Assembly (NCBI GenBank): GCA_028534125.1
Contig: CM052816.1
Coordinates: forward strand, 37,140,001-37,204,000
Direction: 5' to 3'
DNA from: Lama glama
Taxonomy: Eukaryota
DNA: 64,000 nt
The position numbers were made by a program, and so were the translations under genes. Under the pieces are notes generated by a model, which did no database searches, had not been told where the DNA came from, and was given only the letters and a program-made list of their open reading frames with translations. Each line of letters opens with the position of its first letter. Positions within the stretch are counted from its first letter, which is position 1. Shown one piece after another: positions 1 to 11,500 of the stretch.

Positions 1-69
1 CTTTTTGATGAACAGATAGTTAAAATGTATCTTTTTTCTGATACAGAATAGTAATAGGAGTTAGAAGCA

Positions 70-102
<33 letters not shown>
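70..102. repeat. (TG)n(TA)n compound microsatellite
   Basis: Direct reading: tgtgtgtgtgtg followed by tatatatatatatatata. Confidence 0.95.
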
Positions 103-103
<1 letters not shown>

Positions 104-329
104 AGTTTCATTTAGCTATGGTTTCTATAGCCACATTTTTTGGTAAACTATGATTAAATATTTATGTTAGGTTAATTAATGGAAAACTGATAAAAGGGCT
201 ATTTTACAATAAATGTCATGTTTACTTCTATTTAAGTATAATCCTCTGTTGTCTCTCTTATCTTATTTCAATGTCCCTGTCCTCTCTACTTGTCTCCTTG
301 CTGTACCCTGACCCGCAATATATTTGCTT

Positions 330-675
330 TTGTCATTCCTCCTACCTGCAATGTTCTTTCCTCAAATATTTGCAGAGTTTGAGCCCTCAGATTCTTCAAG
401 TTTTTGCTCAGATCACACATCCTCAATGATCCCCTATTTAACACTGCAAATTTTCCATCATTAGAACACTTTTTCTCCTTTTACTGTATTAATTTTTCTC
501 CATAGCATTGAGTACTTCCCAGTGCAGTACAATATATAACTTATTTTCCATGTCTCCCCACTAAAAGATCTCTTTCTTGGAGGTAAAGGGCTTTTATGTT
601 GCTTGTTTTGTTCTCTTAAATACCTAGAGCACACCTAGTATCTAGTGTTCTCAATACATATACGTTGAATAAATT
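330..675 (+). mobile_element. L2 LINE 3' end, degraded
   Basis: Ends in cctagagcacacctag...ctcaatacatatacgttgaataaat, resembling the recalled L2 terminus (cctagaacagtgcctggcac...ctcaataaatatttgttgaatgaat). Upstream ttttctccatagca and gtctccccactaaaa also fit. Confidence 0.7.
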
Positions 676-1039
676 TACCCCAAAATACCTTATTGAGCAT
701 TTGTTGTAGTGGTTCTTAATGCTATTGGTCATACCTTTGCCTTCAACCTCATATTATCTTTCAGTTTCTAGAAGAGACTTAGAAATGCTCAATTTGAAAT
801 GTTCATCATCTATTTTCTATGCTACAGCCGGCTTAAATGAAATGACATATAATTTAAAAGTTTATACCGTGGGTACCTTGGCATATTTTAATTTCCTTAT
901 ACATAAACATGCTTAATATTATTTTGAAACACATTTCAAAATGATACCAATAATAATTAAATGCAATTCAGCTTTCAAGTTAATTAATTAAACATATTTC
1001 TTTTATATGAAATAGTATGATATGATAACTTCTGCAAGT

Positions 1040-2793
1040 CCTCAGGTATGTGAGTTAGCTTGGAACCAGTGAGCAATAATCTCACAAAGCCTGGGGTGTT
1101 CACAGTCCTTAGTCTAGGGTTATTTAGGTGATTTGTAACTTAGTGATAGAATGAAGGTGAAGTCTCACAGTAGGTACATGTTTGTAGTGTGTTTATAGGT
1201 TCCTTCCTTAAAGAAATCAAAAAAATATTCATTCATGGACTCTGACTCTGAATTGACTCATGTCTGAAGGATGGGGCACATTGTCTGGCTTAGTGCTGTC
1301 ATTCAGACATCTAGTTATTTATATCTGAAGTTTGTACTCTTTTTTTTTTTACTGTTACCTGTTCTTTGGCTATACAAATCACTTGAGATGTCAGTGAATT
1401 TCCTAGTGATTTCACTACTGGGAATTCCATAATGAATTAACTATGACCTCCATTAATCAGACCATTCCCAAAGATGCGGTTGCTTTTCCCATCCTAATTC
1501 CTGTTGTACATTTTGCCTTGTAATTAACTACTACCTCTTGTGCTCATCCTCAGTAGGCTTATCTCCCCTTTGATGATATAAGGGAAGCCCATTCAGCTGT
1601 TGCCCTCCCCCACCCCGCCCCCAGCCTTTCAGGCCTATAGAAAATTGCAGATTTGGCTTGGTCTGTTTATTTAGGCTTTGCCACTTTGCCAGCCATAGTA
1701 AACTGCAAGGAGAGTAAGTAAGAAAAATGTGGGAATACCTTGGCTTCAGGAAGTATCAATGGGTGCAAAAGTCATGATGAGCTGATTAAACCTTCCTGTC
1801 TCTCAAAGTCTTGCATTTCTTTTTCCCCTTTGGATAAAGAGATTTCTCACGTTCATTGGCACTTAGCATAGGTTATTTACAGTCCAGTTCTCTTTCATAT
1901 TATTCACCCCCAAGATCTATTACAACCTAGGCCAGCTGGTTGAATCTCTGCAGGGTGTTCCAGTGTCACTGCGGTCAGTTTGGTTGAGACTTTTGGTTCA
2001 TTCTACATTCCTGGGCACTTTGAGTTTTGAGATGCTTTTGAGCTAACTTTGGCATTTTTTTCTCTTTATACCTTTTTTGTTCCCCAAACCTTCTGCACTT
2101 CCCCACACTCCTTCACCATCAATAATGGCAGAGCTTAAATTCTGGCTCCTAGCTAAGAACAAAGAATGAAGATCTAGGAGGAAGCTGAACTTCCTTTTAT
2201 GAAAGAGGAGTTGCCTCTGCAAGAAGAATAGTGCCAAGGGCAGTATTTCAAGGAAGTTAAGTTATTTTTGTTACCCAAAGCTTCCAAGTGTCATTATTAC
2301 AATGACTAGATTTCCCTAATGGTCTCAGCAAAGACAGGATAACTTGTATATTAAACAGGTGGGCTGATTTGGCACTATTCATATATATATGAATATATAT
2401 GTTGTGGTCTCGATTCTATTACGACAGCGATTAAGTTATTCTTTCAGCATGGTTATGCCTTGGACAATGTGTAGATTATGTCTTGTGGATTCAAATTTGT
2501 CATGTTAAGCTATCCAGTGTTCTAGTGCAGCCAAATCATCCAACTTCATGGACGGTGTCAGTGTTATCAGCCTAACTGACAGCATTTGTATTAAATTGGT
2601 GGAGAAAAGTATCTAATCCTTTGCAAGTTTCATTCTCAATCTGCTTGTGTGATTTGATGACCTATTTACCATAATATGCCAATGGCTGAAGGCTTCCCAT
2701 TCCATGTCTTTTTTTATTTCTCAATAGCTAATTCTGAATACACCATCTGTGTTGAATCCGTCTTGCCGAAACCCAGTCTAGTATCAACTTTGG
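1040..2793 (-). mobile_element. ERVL/MaLR internal region with decayed gag remnant
   Basis: Minus-strand translation of 1440-1360 gives LIHYGIPSSEITRKFTDISSDLYSQRT and of 1270-1229 gives PSDMSQFRVRVHE*. Both resemble the ERV-L Gag C-terminus as recalled (LINHGVPRSEIDRKPTAFLLNLYKQKT; PDLSQFTDPEPLE*). The region abuts an LTR end at 2794. Confidence 0.7.
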
Positions 2794-3140
2794 TGTTAAT
2801 CAGGATTCTTTTATTACAGTCAATAAAATCTGGCTCTTGATTCATGCAAATAATTACAAAAACATTTTTTAAATCATGTTTTGGATGTATAGTAGGTAGC
2901 TCCCAGAATTGATGAAAGAGGAAAAGAATTTCTGATTCAGACACAAAATGAGCCAGAGTAATTTGGTTATCTTAGCAACAGAGACTTATTGGCAGTGTTT
3001 GACGTGTTATCACTGAGTGACACAGGCTCAAAAATTATTCGGATATTGCATTTCTAAACAAAAATCAAATTGCTCAGATTGAGAGCAAGCTTATAATACC
3101 ACTAAAATTACTGTTAATTGACTTGGCAGCAATTAACCAA
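2794..3140 (-). mobile_element. MLT1-like (ERVL-MaLR) LTR, probable 5' LTR of the adjacent internal region
   Basis: Plus strand begins tgttaatcaggattcttttattacagt, the reverse complement of a typical old MLT1 3' end (...aaagaatcctgactaataca). The distal boundary is uncertain. Confidence 0.6.
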
Positions 3141-3164
3141 ATAAAATAATGATATGGTCCAAAA

Positions 3165-3352
3165 AACACTCTAAGCATTTTACACATTTTATTTCATTTA
3201 ATATTTAAAATAACCTTTAAAAGGCAAGTATTGTTAATGTCTTTGTGATACAGAAGGGGAAACTGGAGCTCAGAGAAGTAGGTTAATTGGCACAGGTCAC
3301 GTAGCTAGGAAGTAGTAAACAAAGATTCACACAAAAGCGGTCTCATTCAGCT
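3165..3352 (-). mobile_element. MIR SINE
   Basis: MIR core motif acagaaggggaaactggagctcagagaagtaggttaattggcacaggtcacgtagctaggaagt. Confidence 0.8.
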
Positions 3353-4131
3353 TTGGTTCCATCAGTCTTCTATTTCACAAATTGATGGACTAGAACTATA
3401 GTTACGTTTTTCAGCTTTTATATATTATTTTATTTTTCTCATTATGTAGGGTGGGATCTTTTACAAAGTTACAAAAGTCTTTTTGTATTCAGGAGTTAGT
3501 CAATTTTGCAAATACCACACTTTGAAAATTATGATAATTAGAGCAACAGATCCAAACCATGGAAATTCATTCCAAGCAAATTCATAGAAACAGTTTTTCT
3601 TTTTTTAACTTAACTAATTTCAAAGTTAGTGATTTTATTGTGAATCTTTTGATTATTATTGCCAAGTTTTTCATATTGATGTTTGAGAATGTTTCCTAAA
3701 TATTTAAATTTTATAATTTACTAAGATTTTCCATGACCTAAATTATAATAAAGGTATAAATACCCTAAAGATATTCAAGTAAGAACAAAATTTCTCTCAT
3801 TGTAGGACGAGTCTTTAACATGGGTCTATTGAAACAATCTTAAATTAATCAGATCCTTGGGAATTATTTATTTATTCTCTGACAAATAGAAAAAATCTCC
3901 ATTCTTACATAATTTCTTAAATTTTTTTGCTTTATATATTTTGACACTTCACTTTTTACTGTACTTCTGGTATTTTTTTGTGTCTTGTATTCAGCTAAAA
4001 CAACTATCGTTAATCACTCACAGATATTTCTTTCAATAAAATCCTGCCTGACAGTTTCTATTACCATCAAGTCTAGTTTCTTTATTTTTGAATTTTCTTG
4101 ATATAAGTTTCTAAAATTGGATTTAATTTGC

Positions 4132-4133
4132 AT

Positions 4134-4164
<31 letters not shown>
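4132..4164. repeat. (TA)n/(CA)n microsatellite
   Basis: Direct reading. Confidence 0.85.
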
Positions 4165-4584
4165 CGAATACACACTATATATTTGCCTTTTTTAGTACTC
4201 ACTTTGAAAGCCTTGTAAAATATGAAATTTCAAATCATTTGGCTATACTAGTCAAGATGATATGGTTGCTCATACTTATTTGATTTTATGCTTTCTATTT
4301 CTGAACCTTCATTTCTATGGCTTTATTTTACTTTATTTTAATACAGAATATATTTGCTTTTATTGATTTATTTTTTGTTGTGGTTTGGGAAGTATGCATC
4401 ATTTAAAATTTTTTACCATTCTAAAAATTGTTCTAACTATAAAGATAAATAATAAAATGATATTTTGCTATATACTAACACACAGCATCTCTATAAAATG
4501 TGAAAATCATTTATTATCACCCTGTATTCTACTATATTATACTGCCCTGAATAATCTGCATTTTAAATTCCTCCATTTCTTTTT

Positions 4585-5110
4585 ATAGCTTGAACGATCA
4601 TTCCTTTCTGGCACTAAATGATATCCCATTGTCTGTATGTACCATGGTTTATTTATCCATTCACCTACTGAAGGACACCTTGATTGCTTTCAAGTTTTGG
4701 CAATTTTGACTAAAACTGCTACAAATATCTCTGTACACGTTTCTGTGAGAACATAAATTTTCAACTCTTTATGTTAAATACCAAGAGGGAGATTTCTGGG
4801 TCTCATGTGAAGAGTATGTTTAGTTTTGTAACAAACCACCAGTGTCTTGTGAAGTGACTTTACCACTGTTCTTTCCCACCAGCAACAAATGAGAGTTCCT
4901 GTGGCTCCACATTCTTGCCAGCATCTGGTGTTCCCATTGTTTCATAAGTTGGCCATTTTAAGGGTGTGTAGTGCTCTCTTATGGTTTTAATTTACATTTC
5001 ACTGATAATATAAGACACGGAGCATCTTTTCATATACTTATTGACATTTTCATATCTTCTTTGGTGAGGAATATTTTAAGGTATTTGACTCATTTTTTAA
5101 ATCATGTTGT
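4585..5110 (-). mobile_element. Old LINE-1 (L1MC-like) ORF2 end/3' UTR fragment
   Basis: Typical antisense L1 text: tttatccattcacctactgaaggacaccttgattgctttcaagttttggcaatt; cccaccagcaacaaatgagagttcctgtggctccacattcttgccagca. Confidence 0.85.
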
Positions 5111-5246
5111 TTAACATTTTTATTTACTTTTTTGTGCAATGTAAATAAAATTTATTTTTATAAATAATGAGTAATTAACAGCCAGTTTAGGAGATAATTA
5201 AAAGGACATTGATAAGAATTGACTGTAAGGCTTGGAAATTTCTCTG

Positions 5247-5305
5247 TTTTTTGAGATATAATTGACATATAACTTTGTGTAAGTTTAAGGTGTAATATGA
5301 TCTGA
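5247..5305 (-). mobile_element. Very short LINE-1 3' tail
   Basis: ttttttgagatataattgacatataactttgtgtaagtttaaggtgta matches the antisense L1MA-type 3' terminus. Confidence 0.6.
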
Positions 5306-5479
5306 TGGTCTAAGGCCTTTAGGAATTATGGGAAAGAATATCCACAAGGAGCTCATAAAGAGAAATAAAGAAATGATGAGGAAGATTACCCTGAAAATTA
5401 ATAGAACAGCTTAAATACTATAAAATAAATACTAGATATATACAAGATGAACCCAAAAGGCTGATCAGCCAAACTTACT

Positions 5480-6620
5480 CTGAGATTGGAGGAAGTTCCA
5501 CTGAAGACATAAAAGCTGAGTAGAGATTTAAAGGACTGGTAAAAATTTGCAAGGATGAAAACACAGGTAACATTTGGAGAATGGTCAGAATTCTATTAAT
5601 ATTGAACACAAGGTCTGAGACAAAAGCAGCTGAAGAAGAAACTATGAGAAGCCTGCTGTGTTTTTCATATAGACTAATAAAGTCTTTCAGCAGAGTTATG
5701 TTTTTAATCATTGAGCTGATATAATCTACTGTCATTATGGAAGACAATCTGGAATAGGATGATTATGGAGAATATTATTTCCTTTGTTTAAACGGCAACT
5801 GAATGGGTCCTTAACTAACATAGAAGGATTGGGGTGGATAGATGTAGCATTTATATTTAATGTTAAAGATATCAGGAAATCAGAGAGAAGGAGAAATCTA
5901 GGGTTAATGCTAAAAATTATACTACACAAGTATATTAGAAGATAATTCAGTTAACAAGTCCAGGGAAATAGAAAGTAGAGAATCTATTTTTGATGACAGA
6001 TAATAAATTCAGTTTTGTACTTGCTAAGAATGAGATTGTGCAATGTTTTCAGGTTATCCATGTACTCATCTTAAAGGGCAAGCATTATGAGTTTGGGACT
6101 CTGAAGATAAGTTTAATATAGAGCTGTGGTTCTAAATTTCATTTACCTAAAAATATATCTGATGAAATCCATGGACCTTTATCTCAAAGTGCCTACACAA
6201 TCATACATACACACCAAAAGTGGTGTACCATTCCAGTGATATCTAATTATGTTTGAAATCATGAAGATACATCAGATTAACCAAGGAAGTATTTTAAGTT
6301 AGAAAAGAACACAACCTTAAATGGAACTTGAATCAAATATAGGATGGGCCACATGAGGTGGAAAGAGAGCAAAGCAAACAACAAAAAAAGAGGATAAATA
6401 TGTAGAACTTAGTAAGAATGATGATAAAGTAAACAAAAAAGGCAAGAGTTTTAAATATTAGTGGAAGGATCACTATTGCCAAATGCTATTCTGCAATCAA
6501 AGAAGGTGAGAATTTAAAATAAGATATAGGGGTTATCAATTATAAAATTGTTAGTGTTCCTTGTTTGGATAGTCTTTTGATGTGGTAAGAGAACAAACTA
6601 TAATGGCTTGAAGTACGAAT
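5480..6620 (-). mobile_element. Highly degraded L2 fragments
   Basis: Purine-rich text with L2-like motifs (aattcagttttgtacttgctaagaatgagat; ccaaatgctattctgcaatcaaagaaggtgaga). Confidence 0.45.
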
Positions 6621-7004
6621 TTCCATCACAAAATTTCAAAGATAGTAATTGAACCCAGGCTTTCTTGTTTGATACTTGGGTACTGTTAATTGTACCATAT
6701 TGTACTGTTAATGATATACATTCATATTGACTATCAGGCATTACAATTATTGTATAAACTCCCATAGCTTTCTTTGTAGTGAAGCTATCCCATTCATGGT
6801 GTCGTAAAAGTAAATGGTAATAAGCCAGGTGACCTCATTTTTATGAGAACTGCTTGGAACATTATCCCAGAATCTGAAGTCTAACTATTCTTTATGCTAC
6901 TGAATGTATTGGAGTTTCTCTGCATTAGGTCAATAAATTGCCTTACTACTAGTTTAAGTGGTTTTTCTCTACTTTGCAGCTAAAGAAAAAAATCTACATC
7001 AAAA

Positions 7005-7636
7005 TATCTGGTATTTTGATTTTCATTTCTCTGATGATTAGCAATATTGAGCAGTTTTCCATGTACCTATTGACCATTTGTATGTTTTCATTAGAGAAAT
7101 GTTTATTTAGGTGTCTTCTGCCCATTTTTTATTGGGTTGTTTGTTTTTTGGTTATTGTGTTGTATGAGCTGTTTGTATATTCTGGAGATTAAGGCCTGGT
7201 CAGTCGCATCATTTGCAAAATTTTCTCCCATTCCATAGGTAGCTTTTTGTTTTGTTTATAGTTTCCTTTTCTGTGCAAAAGCTGATAAATTTAATTAGGT
7301 TCCATTTGTTTATTTTTGCTTTTATTCCCATTACCTTGGTGAACTGCTCTAGGAGAATATTGCTAAAATTCATATGAGAGACTGTTTTGCCCATATCTTC
7401 TTCTAGGAGGTTTATAGTGTTTTGTCTTCTGTATAAGTCTTTAAGCCACTTTGATTTTATTTTTGTGTATGGTGTGAGAGAGTGTTCTAACTTCATTGAT
7501 TTATATGCAGCTGCCCAGCTTTCCCAATGCCACTTACCAAAGAGGCTATCTTTTTTCTCCATTGTATATTCTTACCTCCTTTGTTGAAGATTAATTGACC
7601 ATAGATGTGTGGGTTTATTTCTGAGCTCTCTGTTCT
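7005..7636 (-). mobile_element. LINE-1 ORF2 C-terminal segment, inverted 5' part of a twin-primed insertion
   Basis: ORF 7209..7562(-) [40 protein letters not shown] is recognisable L1 ORF2p. Confidence 0.92.
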
Positions 7637-8563
7637 ATCACTTCACACCAGTCAGGATGGCCATCATTAAGAAGTTTGAAAATGATAAATGCTGGAGAGG
7701 GTGTAGAGTAAAGGGAACCCTCCTATACTGTTGGTGGGAATGAAGTTTGGTGCAGCCATTATGGAAATCAGTATGGAGATTCCTTAAAAAACTAAAAATA
7801 GACTTAACATATGATCCAGCAATCTCACTCTTAGGCATTTATCCAGAGAAAACTCTAATTTGAAAAGATACATGCACCCCAATGTTTCTAGCAGCACTAT
7901 TTACAATAGTCAAGACATGGAAGCAACCTAAATGTCCATTGACAGATGACTGGATAAAGAAGTTGTGGCATAAATACATACACACACACACACATATATA
8001 TATACACATATACACACACATATACATACAATAGAATACTACTCAGCTGTTAAAAAAATAAAATAATGCCATTTGCAGCAACATGGATGGACTTGTAGAT
8101 TATCATACTAAGTGAAGTAAGCCAGGAAGAGAAAGACATACCATATGACATCACTTATCTGGAACCTAAAAAAAAATGACATAAATGAACTTATTTACAA
8201 AACAGAAACAGACTCAGACATGGAGAACAAACTTATGGTTACTAGAGGGGAAAGGTGGGGGTGCATGAATAAATTGGGAGTTTGGGATTTACAGATACTA
8301 ACTACTATATATAAAATAGATAAACAATAAGTCCCACTGTATAGCACAGGGAACTATATTCAATATCTTGTGATAGCTTATAGTAAAAAAGGAAAAGTTT
8401 CATATATATATGTATATATATACACATACACACACACATATATACATATATATACACACACACATATATGTAATATATACACATGCATATATAATTGAAT
8501 CACTCTGTTGTACACTAGAAGTTAACACATTGTAAACTGACTCTACTTCAACTGAAAAAAAAA
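7637..8563 (+). mobile_element. LINE-1 3' end (cetartiodactyl-type 3' UTR) with A-tail, non-inverted part
   Basis: atcacttcacaccagtcaggatggcc... ORF2 end; 3' UTR ctgtatagcacagggaactatattcaatatcttg...ctacttcaactgaaaaaaaaa; internal (CA/TA)n tracts. Confidence 0.92.
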
Positions 8564-11364
8564 TTCCTATTCTTGAAGGGGCCTATACACTCCCTTAGAA
8601 ATTCCATTATAAACTGCTGGGGAGAATATAAGAAAAACATTAGTAATTGTAGTACTGTACATTCAATAATGAATTGATACCTAACATAATCTATCCCCAT
8701 TTTCATTAATGGTGGATCACATACTCCTCTGGCTTTAGGAATGGTTGGCTCCTTCTATTCCCATCTCTGACTGGAGAAAAATTCAGTAGTTCTACTGTGT
8801 AAGTGGCTTGTCTACTGTTTAATTAATTTGCCATTCTTAACCATATTCTTAAACACTTCCTTTATTTCTATTCAAGGAAAGTTTGTGCTAATAGTTTACC
8901 CTATTTCCCTTTTTGTTTTATTCACTTACAGTTCAGGTTATTTCAATTAAGGTATTTTTTATACTGAGATAAACATTACTTCTTCTTCTCTTACATCTCT
9001 TCCCTTTCAACTCCTCTCCAGTTGTTGTAGGAAGGTCTGTGTGACCTTTCCTTCTTTTCTCCCTTTATCAATATTCCATTTTTGTGTCAAAGAATGACCT
9101 CTCTTAAGGGCAATAAACATAAAGGAAAGCTAATGGTAAACATATATTAAGGAAAATGAAAATCATATATTTTAAATGAATTTAGTCTTAAAGAAAAACA
9201 TGTGACATTAAAGTTGACAGACATTAAAATTGCTTAGATTTTCTCAAATGAACCTCCACAAACTTCTGTCTACTTCTTTTATTCTCCTTTAATGAAACTC
9301 TTTATCCTTCAGGAACCAGAATTCATAGTAATCCTTTAAATTCCCATTCAAAACTTGTCTTTATTTCTGCTATTATGATAATATTTTCCCCGAATTACAT
9401 TGAAAACATACAAGCTTTAGAAAAAAGCATCATGGGATAAAATTGATATTTGTTTATAATATTCTGAAACATAATCAGTATGCAAAATGCTGCTTCTGCG
9501 AGTAATCCAGTCAACTTAAAAAAAAAGACCATTTGAAATTGGAATCTTCCATTATTATGAAACACTGAATAAATTAACAACAAATGGAAGTAAAGGAGTT
9601 TAAAAACAACCTTCAAAATAAGTCAATGAAAAACAGATACCTGAAATTATATGATCTAAACATTTTCATTAGTAGATCTTTTCTTGGATAATCACCAGTT
9701 TTTCTATCAAAGTTAACTTTTTACCAGCGGTGAGCAAGTTTCCCCCATGATTAGAAGCATCTAAACCTAAGCAGCTCTCTTTGGCATAACTCTAAATTAT
9801 ACGCCATTTATTTAGCAGTTACTGTGTAATTAGTGTGTCTTAATTTGAGCATTAAAAATGTATTGATTTCCACATGCAGCATTTATAATTACAAGATCAA
9901 TTTGTGGGTAACTGATTTCACTGCTAAGATTTTATATCTGGAATATTTATATGCACTTCCAAAATTGCCACAGTAGAGAATTTTGTGTTGAAGACTACTT
10001 CAATAAAAATAAATCATTTGTATTTTATGGTAGATTAATATTAAAGCATTCAAAGTACAAAATCCATGAAAGAGCTAATCATCCAATAGAAAGAAGCTAT
10101 TACATAAGAAATCATATACATATATATATACATACAATTGTGTGTATATATACACACATGCACACTTATACATATGTTGTCATAACAGGTTAAAATGCCT
10201 ATTTAGGCAAAATAAAGCCTTTGTTGTGGCTTGATTTATATTCTTCCAAAACCAGATATTTTAATGTGGTATGACTTTTTAAAAAATTTGTTTTATGACC
10301 TCCATAAGCAATGTTCTGGAAATACTCCTATGTTGTATATCTGTATTGGCAGAAACATTTAATCTTAAATTCCATGAAAGTTCCTATGCCACTTAAACTT
10401 CAAAATAACACAAGCTTGATTTTCTCCCAGAATCAAGCACAAACATGATTGACTTGGTAGATTGTGTCATGTTATAGACAGGTTTATTCTTTGACTAAAG
10501 TTGACAAACTGGTTTTCCAAGGGGAAAAAAATGTAAGTTTCAGAGTGCCATTACTTGAAGTTGCAGAAAATTAAAAAGCTATTTAAGAGCATACATCTGG
10601 AGCACAGCATATTCTGCTGTAGAAAAGCATAATTAGATACTTAGTTTGGTGTACAAAATTTTGCATGAAAGACCCTGTTAATTTTTCCCTTTAAGTCAAA
10701 ACAAAAAATACCCCAAAGATTCATCTTAAAAATGAAGGTTCAGCGAAGTTGGCACACACTGAGTTTGGGATTTTTAATGAAGCATTGGGTTACCAATTTA
10801 GGTATCAAAGAAGAAAGGATACAAAAATACAAAACAAAAATTGGAAAGGAAAAAGAATATTTAACTGAAAAGCTTGAAAACAAAATAAGAACTATAAAAT
10901 ATCTATGGAAAAATGAAATATTTAAAATTTACCACCAGAGTTATATTTTTAGAAATTAATATAACATAAAATTGGAAATTAATATAATTAATATATAGCT
11001 TTAGAAATTAATATATTATACTACAATATAACTAATGTACTTTATAATAATATACTAGTATAATTAATATATACATTACTATAATTTTTAAAGTAGGAAA
11101 TTTGAGGAAGACATTAAAATATATGCATTTCACACAGCACTAGTGGTAGATATTTAAAGCATGGGCCAGTTGCTTTTTCTGCAACGTAGTCCTTCAGTCA
11201 GTTTCACTCACCCTTTCTGAGAAATGCTGTTGATTGGCCTTCTATCCAAAGAAGCCGCCAATTAAAGTGAAATATATTTTCTTTCTGGAACTGTTCCGGG
11301 TTGACACGTGTCACAATCTGGGCTGATCATATTCCCAGTTGTAAGAGTTTTTTAAAATGGAGTG

Positions 11365-11500
11365 GAAAGAAGGGGAAAAATGATATAGGAAGAGAGAAAA
11401 GGCAGAGAGGGAGGGAGGAAGGGAGAGAAGAAACAAGAGGGAAGAAGGAGGGAAGAGAGAGACAGAGACAGAAGATAGAGAGATGGAGCAAGAAAGAGAA
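11365..11500. repeat. GA-rich low-complexity purine tract
   Basis: Direct reading: gagagggagggaggaagggagagaag... Confidence 0.85.

Noticed and set aside
7209..7562. L1 ORF2-like ORFs as functional genes (also 21989-22201, 50282-50554, 62595-62882)
   Set aside because: Short fragments of dead LINE-1 copies with stops and frameshifts on both sides.
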